DNA of 64,000 nucleotides from the human T2T-CHM13v2.0 reference genome, Homo sapiens. The stretch lies in assembly GCF_009914755.1 (NCBI RefSeq), contig NC_060947.1, one strand, 5' to 3'. The position numbers and the translations under genes were made by a program. The notes beneath the pieces are model-generated. The model was given only the letters and a program-made list of their open reading frames with translations. It searched no databases and was not told where the DNA came from. Of this stretch, positions 53,430 to 64,000 are shown in pieces; the first letter of the stretch is position 1; each line of letters opens with the position of its first letter.

Positions 53430-53827
53430 AGACAAAGTATACACATTTCTACCCCATTCCCACTACTAAAATCAGTAACCTAACTTTTCACCTTAGGAAT
53501 CTAGAGAAAGTAGAGCAGATTAAATCTAAAATGAGCAGTAGAAAGAAAATAAATACTAGAGCAGAAATCCACAAAGCTAAAAACAGGGAAAAATAGAATA
53601 AATTAGTAAAATCTAAAGGTGTTTCTTTGAAAAGATTAATAGATTTGATAAGACATTAACCAGGGTAACCAAGAAAAGGGGAGAGAGAAAGAAAAGTCAC
53701 AAATTATCAATAACAGAAATAAAACAGGAGACATCACTACTAACCCTATGGTTGTTAAGGATAATAAAATATTATCAACACCATTATGCACACAAATTTA
53801 ATAATTTAAGTGAAATGGACCAAGTCC
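53430..53827 (+). mobile_element. Old L1M ORF2 fragment
   Basis: ttctttgaaaagattaatag, gacatcactactaaccct and gaaatggaccaa motifs. Confidence 0.65.
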
Positions 53828-54880
53828 TCAAATATTTTTAAAGAAAATATCATTTTATTTTATAACATTTCATTGAAATACACTTGATATTTTAATATGG
53901 AATTCACATTTTTTACATGAAAAGGCACCGGTGTCAGATATTAAGCAACAATAATTTTTAAAATTCAATGTATTTTTTTCAGAAATATTAATTGAATTTT
54001 TTACCTTATTAATATAAACTCTTAGATTTTCTTTTTAAGAAAATTTCTGAAAATTCAAAACAATGGCAGAGAAACTTTCTTATATATTATCCTTAATTTC
54101 AACAGTCTTTGCAAGAAAACAACCTGCAATTAAAGGATAAAGTTGATGCATTATCTGTATGCAGTCTATATGTGTGTGAATAAAATCTCAGCATGCAATA
54201 AATCATTTGGGCAGCCTTCAGGAAGATTGTTCATCCACATTTTCCTGAAATTCCATTTTTGGGAGTATCCATTATTTAACAATTGAATTGTTTCTTAAAA
54301 CAGACAGTCTTTTTGGCTGTCTTCCTCACTGACACTGAGGGAGATTCTCTTAATATAGCCATCTACTCCCATGTGGAAGGCAGCTAGCATCATTGTATTC
54401 ATGAACTGGCTGCTCCTGACCTATGACTCCACACTGACTTAAGAGTTCCTGTAGTCTAATATAAGCTGTAGAAAAAGCAAGCACTTTATTTTGAGTCTTT
54501 TAGCTCCAAATAGTCATTTGTCTCAAACCAAACAAGGTTTATCACCTTGCTTATTTGTAGAATAGTTTCAATTGGTTCCAGTAATACAAATGCTGACTAG
54601 TAAGTCATTCCAAACTGCTAGAAGGAGTATATGGACCAGAATCTAGAATTTTGAAAACAGCTCACAGAAAAAGCCTTCATTTGGTGAAATATGACAATAT
54701 CGTAATATGGCTGAATATACACAATTAAAAAGTTAAGATCTGAAATGAATTGTTTTTCCTAAGGAAATACAGTTTTTGTGAGAATAAATGTTAGAAAGTC
54801 TAATTTATTTAAAAAACTGAATGTGAAAACAAATGCTAAGGTCTTAACCCAGATCTACCTGCATTTTTACTTCGTAGAAT
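53828..54880 (+). pseudogene. Diverged orphan copy of the PWWP3B 3' UTR
   Basis: Co-linear with 45757-46830; retains AATAAA at about 54783; no CDS upstream. Confidence 0.8.
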
Positions 54881-55217
54881 GTCAACTGCACCTCATTTGT
54901 GATGACATTGACACATATTCTTTTTTTTCACAGTAATGACTATGATAGTTGAAGTCTATCCTCCTGGATTTATAGGGGGAATAAGACATCTTTCATAATT
55001 TCCCTTTCACTTTGCAGAAGCTCCCTTAATAAAAATTATATCGCATTTCCTGTTGGATGGGAGATTACCCACTTACCTGTCACTTAGTAAGTTAATGTTT
55101 TAATAGAGAGACAGACATTCATTCAAGATAATTGCAAATAAAAATTGTAATACATTATACACATTTACAATGTGGATTTCAATATGTGATGTAGAAGATT
55201 AAAAATTATTTATTGGA

Positions 55218-55553
<336 letters not shown>

Positions 55554-55884
55554 TCAACCCACAGGGGCAATAAAGATGCTAGCAAAAACTGTCAGAATCA
55601 ACATTTTTTTGGAACTCTAGAATTGAATCTCGCACTGAATTGATTAGGTTTTATCATCAAAACAACTTGGCAATAATAAAGCCAATATTTTGCCCGTGTA
55701 CCCCCCTTTCATCATATAACATTCAGTTGCTGCTATGGTCTTTGGCAACAACCATGTACTATGTTCTGGGAACATAATTTGGCATAGGATAATTGTCTTA
55801 AACTCTGGAAGTTGCTTCTCTTTTTTACTCATACCCATGAAGAGCTTTCTAGAATACCAGCTTCAGGACCATAGAAATTTTTTC

Positions 55885-55975
55885 TTTTGTTCTGTTCCAT
55901 CTATAGTGCCTTGAACAGTGCCTGGCACATAAGAGGTACCCGGTAAGTATTTGTTAAATGAATTGAAAGAATGAG
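55885..55975 (+). mobile_element. L2 3' end
   Basis: acagtgcctggcacata...gtatttgttaaatgaattga. Confidence 0.65.
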
Positions 55976-58902
55976 TAGTATAGATATCAAATCTCTTGGG
56001 TCCTGCTCTGTCTTGTATGTGAAAAAAAAGTAAAATTCCTGTGATTTCTGAGACCTTAAAAGCACTATCCAGTTCTAACAGCACACATCTCAGAATGTAG
56101 CTGCTGAAGCAAGCTCAGCACCATCCAAGCATCAGGGACACTTTTGGCCAAAAATAAATAGAAAAAAAGATACAGTGCAAGACTTTAAGTTTTTTTGGGT
56201 TTTAATTTAATTTCACACAAAAGCAGAATAATGTTATTAATTTTTGGAATTTATTTATTGGAAATTCATAAGGAAAAATAGTCTTTTTTTTCAAATTTGG
56301 AGCATCTCCATATTGTTGCCATTTTATTATTGGTCTATCTAAATGTGATCTTATAATCTTAGAACCTCTAATGTACCACATTGAGAAGCATAGCTGGACA
56401 TAGGATGGGAAGTAGAACAGGGCGTAAACTTACAGCAAGAGACTGAAACTACAGAGACAGAAAGACTATGCTTGTAAATGGAGAGTCTGCTGCTAGAGAT
56501 GTGGGAAATCTTGCTTCTGAGAGTGTGGAGAAGTGGCTAGATGAAGTTTAAAGTCAATTCAGGACTGTAGTGCCAGAAACACAAGGTTCAACAGACAAGT
56601 AGGAAAGTTTAAATATGCTGGATAGGAAGAAAAGTTACCTCTAATTGTATCTGGTGACAGGAGGGTGCAGCTACACACTTCGTTTACCAAAAACTTAATT
56701 AATGGTTAAGATATGTGTTAAAATAACAAAAACCTGGTGGAACATTGGAATGAGAGTGGGTTGGAGATCCTCCATGTTCCTTACTGCTTGCTTCACTGTT
56801 GAAGGAAACTGATTTCAGAGTAACGCTCCTAATCTCTCTCCCAACTTTCCTTCCTTAGGAAGGATGATTGAAGAGCTTGGTGAGCTTTGGGAGAAGAAAT
56901 TAAGTATGACTGGATCAGACCCTTCTTTTGTTTTTGGCTGTCTGCAAGGAGGGTCCATTCTGGTTTTCTCTGTGCCATAATTTAAAATGGACCTGTCCTG
57001 TGCTGCTGAAAGATGGTGAAAGCAGTGATTTTCTAGCAATGCCAGAGACTGGATAAGTAAATCTGTTTAGTTCAGGGAGCAAGTATTTGCAAGCATTTTG
57101 GGTACAGATTATTAGCAATAAAGCTAACATTTTAATGTCTATCTCTCTGTCACTCGTCTTATTTTTTAGTCGATTCTGACCTAGAGAACACAAAGAAGTA
57201 CTTAACAAATCTCTGTTGTATTAATCTCAGACAGAAAAAAAAGGTAGTTTAAATCTCTGAGGTTTCTAGAAGGATTTAATATAAATATAAATAATAAGCA
57301 TGAAGAGGAATGTGAGAAATACAATTTTTGTGGATTATTACATTTTAGAAACTTTGGGGGATATTTCAGACAAAGTTTGAAATATAAAAATCATTCTACC
57401 GGACATGAGAGCATATTCCTCTTTCTGTGGGATTTCCCTTGAAAGGCTTTTGTCAGTTCTATTCTTTAATGAGCAAGATGAAACAATTAGTCTGAGATAG
57501 TTCTAATCCCAAAGTGTAATTCAAAAGCAATTACCTTCAGATGTATTTACACATCATTTAATATAAATATCATTTAATATAAATGGAACATTTGATTTTA
57601 TTTGGGATTTTAGGATACAAAGAAGTATTAAATGAGAAGTTTAAAAAAACCTTTATCTAAATTTGGAAAGTTTGTGGTAAGTTATTGGCATGGACTGATA
57701 TAAAATAATAAAATATTTTGCTTCTGGATTGAGAGTCCAGCTGATAAATATGTGGTTGAACTACTTAGTATAATAAAATGTGAGGGTTTTGTTTTTAATG
57801 CAAGGGAGAGTTTTATGTAGCACATTTGTGAGAAACAGAATTCTTCCATTGTATTACTGGGACTGTTCATTGAACAATGGAGAGTATTTTACATATCTTT
57901 ACTTGCCAGGGTTTCTGTCTTCTAATGCCAGCCTTGGTTATTGGCTTCTGGGTATTCGCAACACTGATATTTCATTCTCTTTGGAAAGAAGGCATTGGTT
58001 TGTTGGTTGTGTGTGTGTTTGTGAGATCAAAGTAGTGGTAGAAATGTTTGGAAATTAGAATATCAGTTCTGGTTCCAGGTAATATAAAATAAAAACACTT
58101 CATTCATCTCTGCCACTGAATACAACCATAAAACTGGAATAGAATGCATAGAGCAGTTATGTAAGGACTCTGAAATGTAAATAGCAGAAGGCAATTTGGG
58201 AAAGAACACCCACATTCAAAGTATCCTGAACTGGCAGCAAGTTTAATGTTTTCTTGTTTTGGCATCCTCCAACTCAAATGTAATGCACTCGGAAACCCAG
58301 AAGTGAGCATTGTGGCACAGAAAAATGAGAACTCCAGAGAACGCCATCTAGTTCTGGCTGAAGGAATTGCAAATGCCTAATATTCTGAGAGCACAGATAA
58401 TCTCCCTTTTTCTTTCCTTCTTTGATACACACCTCACACCATATATGAAAAATTTTGACAAAATACATCATCAAATTAAATGTAAAACCTAAGACTGCAG
58501 AACATCTAGAAGAAAAGATAGGCCAAAGTTTTCTTAGGTGTAACACCAAAAGCAAGATTCATAACAGAACAAATAAATCAACTGGACATGATAAAAATTA
58601 AAGCTATCCTCCTCAAGAGACATTGTTAAAAGAATGTAAAGACAAGCTACAGAGAGAAACTACTTTTAAATCAGATATCAGATAAAGGTCATATATCCAG
58701 AATATATTTTAAAAACCTCAGAACTCAATATGAAGATTAAAACCCTAGCATAAAATATCTAAAAACTCAATAAGATAAACAACACAACATAAAATGAGAA
58801 AATTTTCAACAACCATTTTGTTAAGGATGATATACACGGTAAGTTAGCACGTCAAAAGATGCCTAACATCATTAATTACTAAGGAAATGCAAATTAACAC
58901 CA

Positions 58903-59530
58903 AACTAGTTCAACCATTGTGGAAGACAGTGTGGTGATTCCTCAAGGATCTAGAACTAGAAATACCATTTGACCCAGCCATCCCATTACTGGGTATATAC
59001 CCAAAGGATTATAAATCATGCTACTATAAAGACAGATGCACATGTATGTTTATTGTGGCACTATTCACAATAGCAAAGACTTGGAACCAACCCAAATGTC
59101 CATCAATGATAGACTGGATTAAGAAAATGTGGCACATATACACCATAGAATACTATGGAGCCATAAAAAAGATGAGTTCATGTCCTTTGCAGGAACATGG
59201 ATGAAGCTGGAAACCATCATTCTGAGCAAACTATCGCAAGGACAGAAAACCAAATACCACATGTTCTCACTCATAGGTGGGAATTGAACAATGAGAACAC
59301 TTGGACACAGGGCGAGGAACATCACACACTGGGGCCTGTCGTGGGGTGAGGGGATAGGGGAGGGATAGCATTAAGAGAAATACCTAATGTAAATGATGAA
59401 TTAATGGGTGCAGCAAACCAACATGGCACATGTATACATATGTAACAAACCTGCAAGTTGTGCACATGTACCCTAGAACTTAAAGTATAATAAAAAACAA
59501 AAAGAAAGAAAAAACATAAAATAAAAAAAT
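58903..59530 (+). mobile_element. L1PA 3' fragment (about PA5-PA7)
   Basis: ORF2 end and 3' UTR with A-rich tail, nested in L1M. Confidence 0.9.
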
Positions 59531-62500
59531 AAAACCACCATGAATTAGCACAGTGCACTTATCAGAATGGGTAAAAGTAAAGGATTGACAATGCTGAGTT
59601 CTGGTGAGGATATGGAGAAACTAGAACTCTCATACACTGCTGGTGGGAATGTAAAACGGTACAGACACATTGGAAGACATCTCGGTGGCTTCTTAAAAAG
59701 TTAAACACACATCTATCATATGATCTAGTCATTCTTCTCCTAGATATTTACCTGAAGGACATGAAACCATACATCCATAGAAAGATTTGTGCAGAAACGT
59801 GCGTAGCAACTTTATTTAAATTAGCAAAATACTGTAAATTGGGAACAACCCAAATGTCTATTAAGAAGTAAATGAATAAAATACAAACTTTGATATAGCT
59901 ACATCTATTCAGCTAGCTAACTATCATCTATCAATATATCTGATTAATTCAAATGAATGGTTGGCGTATGCTACAACATAGGTGAATCTCGAAATAATTA
60001 TAAATGAAAGAAGCCACACAAAATAAAGTAGCTACTATATGATTATATTAATATGACATCACAGTAAATGCAAAATGTATAGGTATCTGGGGAAGAAGAC
60101 AGGAGTTGCAGGGACTAGAAACAGTAAGACAATACAAAGAGGAATGAGGAAACTTCTGGGAATGATTGAAATATTCACTATTTTGAGTGTGCTGATAGTT
60201 TCATGGGTTTATACCTGTGTCAAAAACTACATTATATAATCTTAATACATACAGTTTATTATATGTCAGTTATACCCACTTAAAGCCATTTAATAAAGTA
60301 ATGAAAAATACATACCATGCAAATACTCAGCAAAAGAATTCTAGAGTGGATATATTAACATCTGAAAACTTAGATTTCAGAACAAAAAAACATTAACAGG
60401 TATAAAGATGGACATAACATTAGTAAAGGGTAAATCGATCAAGAAGATCTAAAAATCCTAAATGGGCATGTGCCTAACAACTAAGTTTTAAAATATATTT
60501 AGCAAAAAACAAAAATTAAATGAGAAATGGAAAATATACAGTTATAATTGGAGATTTTAATACAATTATCTTAATTAATAGAATAAAGCGTTTACGCTTG
60601 AAGCAGATCTAGACAAAACTATTAACTAACTGATCTGATTAATACTTATAGAGCACTCCACACAACAACTTGCATAATAAACATTTTTTTCAAGTGCACA
60701 TGCGTCATTTACCAAGATAGACCGTATTTGGACCACTAAACAAATGTCAACAAAATTAAAATAATTAAAATTGTACAAAGTACCTACCCTGACCAAAATG
60801 GAACCAAACTAGAAATATATTATAGAAATATATTTCACAATCCTCATCATTTCAAAATTAAACAGTACTCATAAATAACTCAATATGTCAAAGGGGAAGA
60901 CTTAAGAGAATTAGAAAATGTATTACAGGGAAAAGATGAAACATAACAATTCTTGTTTTTTGAGATGCTTCTAAAGTAATACTTAGAGGGTAATAGAAAG
61001 CACAACATTTTCAGAATAACAAATAATAAAGATTTCAAATCAACTACGTAAGCTTCCAATTAAGAAACTAGAAAAAGAAGAGCAAATTATACCTACAGAA
61101 AAAAGAGGGATGAAATAGTAAAAGTAAGAGCAGAAGTAAAAGTAAGAACCAAAAAGCAGATCAATAAAGAAAATGAATGAAATCACAAGTTTATTGTTTT
61201 AAAAGGTAAAAAAAAACTATAAGAAAAAAACAAATTACCAATTATAAAAATAAAGGATGTAACATCACTACAGATACTACAGGCATTAAAAATACAATAA
61301 GGGAATATTATTTAAAAGTTTATGCTAAAAAATTTAACAACATTAATGATATGAACTAGTTCATTGAAAGAAACTACCAAAGATCACTCAAAAAGGAATT
61401 TATAGCCTTCATAGTTCTATACTTACTAAAGAAATTATATTCATAGTAAATGTCTTTCCAACAATAAAAACTACAGATCCCAGTATCTTCACTGGGGAAT
61501 TCTATGAAATATTTATGGTATAAATATTACTAATTCTATAGAAATTTTTCTGTAAAACAGAAAAGAAAGTATTAGTTTACATCTTATTTTATGACAACAG
61601 AATTTCATTGACGACATAAAGACAACATTAAAAGAAATGAAAACTACAGACCAATAACTTATTAATGTAGATGCAAACATCCTTAAGAAAATATCAAGTG
61701 TAATTATTAAAAGGATGTATAAAATGATGATATATTATCAAAGATAAAAACTACCCAAGAATCCAAACTTGCTCAAACATTCAAAAATCAATTAATGCAA
61801 TTTACTATATCCATACATATACAAGGGTGTCTCAACCAATACATAAGAAGCATTTCACAAAATTCAACTTCCATTTGTGATAAAATCTTCCAATCTCTTG
61901 AAATAAAAAGGGACTTCCTCAAACTTGTAGTGGGTACTGATGTAAAACGATAGAAGACTGAATGCTTTTTTCCTAAGTTTGGGAGCTATGCAAGGATGTC
62001 CGCTCTCACCAAATATATTTAACATAATACTGGTGTTCCCAGATATTGCAATAAGGAAAACAAAAAAGATTAAAAAACAAAGATTTGAAAGGAAGAAATA
62101 AAACTATCTTTATTTTCTGTGCCATGACTCCTTACACAGACAATGCCAAAGAGCTTATTAAACAGCTATTCTGTCTAAAAATTGAGTTTAGCAAGATTTC
62201 AGGATACAAGGAAAATATACAAAAATCAATGATTTTTTATACACCAGCAACGAAAATTGGACATTGAAATGAACAATAAGTAATTTAACAAGTGCATCAA
62301 AAGATGAAATACTTAGGTATAAATCTAACAGATTATTTGCAAGACTTCTATGCCAAAAAGTACAAAACCTTGCAGAGAGAAGTCAAAGACCTGAATAAAA
62401 AAAGAATTATAATGTGTTCACAGTTTATAACTCTGTGAGAGGAGTTATAATTGGAATTCTAAAAATGTCTAAAAAGTCTCAGACTGGAAGTCTAAAAACT

Positions 62501-62648
62501 AGATATCATTCTTCCCCAAACTGATCTATTGATACTTAGATCAAAATTGTTATCAAACACCTATTGTTATCAAATATCTATTGTTAATCAAAATTCCAGT
62601 AGGCTTTTTCTCTAGAAATGGGAGTGCTGACTCTAGAAGGCATATGGA

Positions 62649-62953
62649 TGCCATAATTTGAATGTTTGTGCCCTCAAACCTCATGTTGAATTTGATCCCC
62701 AATGTTGAAGGAGGGGGGCCTAATGGGAAGTGTTCTGGTCATCAGGATTGATCCCTCATTAATAGATTAATACTGGGAAAGGGAGTAAGTGAATTATCAC
62801 TCCTATTAGTTCCTGAGAGAGATGGTTGTTAAAAAGAGCCTCCCAGATGACGTGTTAGTGGGTGCAGCACACCAACATGGCACATGTATACATATGTAAC
62901 TAACCTGCACATTGTGCACATGTACCCTAAAACTTAAAGTATAATAATAATGA

Positions 62954-63009
<56 letters not shown>

Positions 63010-63257
63010 AAAAGAAAAAAGAGCCTGGCACCTCCTTCCCCTCTCTCTTGCTTCCTATCTCACTAAGTGATCTCCACACAGCTAGCTCCCCTTTGCCTTC
63101 CATTATGAGTGGAAACAGCCTGAGGCCCTTACTAGATGCAAATGCCCAAACGTTAACTTTTCCAGACATCAGCATCATGAGCCAAATAAACCCCTTTTCT
63201 TTATAAATTACCCAGCCTCAGGTGTTCCTTTATAGCAACAGTAAACAAACTAAGAAA
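62649..63257 (+). mobile_element. MST-type MaLR solo LTR
   Basis: tgccataatttgaatgtttgtg...ataaattacccagcctcaggtgttcctttatagcaaca; 5-bp TSD atgga. Confidence 0.8.
62842..63015 (+). mobile_element. Very short young L1 3' end with (GAAA)n tail
   Basis: agatgacgtgttagtgggtgcagc...aacttaaagtataat; TSD aaaaagagcct. Confidence 0.88.
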
Positions 63258-63957
63258 ATGGAAAAGCAAAGAACTCAGAATAGCCAAAACAATTTTGAAA
63301 GTGAACAAACTTGGAGGACTCACTGTACCTGACTGCATGATTATATAAAGCTACAGTAATCAAGACAATGTGCTATTGGCAAAAATATAGGCATGTAGAA
63401 CAATGGAACAAAAGAGCGTGTCCAGAAATATAACTGTATACATAATGTCAGTTGTTGTTCATCAACGATACCAAGGCAATTCAAGAAAGAAAAGATAGCC
63501 GTTTCAATAAATGGTGCTTGAACATCTTACATGTGAAAAAGAAGTGACCCTTGACCTATACATACCTTACATAAAAAATTAACTTGAACTTATGAGTGCA
63601 GGGACTATATATGGGAAATCTCTATACTTTCCACTCAATTTTACTTTAAACCTAAAACTGCTCGGAAAAAAAGTGTGTATATATACATTTATAAAACTTT
63701 AAAAAATTTTAAATTAACTTCAAATGGATCATAGACCCAAATATAACAGGAAAACTATAAAGTTTCTAGGGGAATACAAAGGTGTATATCACAGTGAACT
63801 TTGTTTAGGTAAAGATTTTTTAAATGGGACACAAAAATCATGAATATAAAAAGAAACAAAGTAAATTATATTTCATCAAAACCAAATATTTAAGTTTATT
63901 TTTTCAATAGACACAATTGGGCCACAAACTGGGATAAACTTGGGCAAAACATACGTT

Positions 63958-63988
<31 letters not shown>

Positions 63989-63991
63989 ACA
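63958..63991. repeat. (CA)n microsatellite
   Basis: Seen directly. Confidence 0.9.
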
Positions 63992-64000
63992 TAACTCAGT

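Larger units (their letters stand above)
58420..64000 (+). mobile_element. Old L1M sequences (3' region, then a second degraded ORF2 from about 60280) hosting younger insertions
   Basis: A-rich degenerate ORF2 motifs (gacatcactacagatactac-like, gcaaggatgtccgctctcacca, gaatagccaaaacaattttgaaa). Confidence 0.75.

Overview
Primate (very likely human X-chromosome) DNA, AT- and repeat-rich. It has one intact protein-coding gene, PWWP3B/MUM1L1: an intronless 696-aa CDS at 43414-45504 (+), with non-coding 5' exons starting near 6.3 kb. The rest is mostly transposable elements: an internally deleted HERV9/LTR12 provirus, a near-full-length L1PA carrying an AluY, a complete THE1, Tigger3, MER5A, about ten Alus and old L1M/ERVL relics. 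The main structure the ORF track does not explain is a multi-kb non-coding module present three times in direct orientation (about 5.8-12.4 kb; 14.8-19.1 plus 25.0-25.4 kb; 39.2-43.4 kb). Each copy runs: old L1 fragment, GC-box promoter, exon 1, exon 2, start of the terminal exon. Only copy 3 continues into the CDS. Pairwise similarity between copies is mosaic, suggesting gene conversion, and about 1 kb of the 3' UTR is also duplicated downstream. Identities are by-eye estimates; repeat subfamily names and exon usage need computational confirmation.
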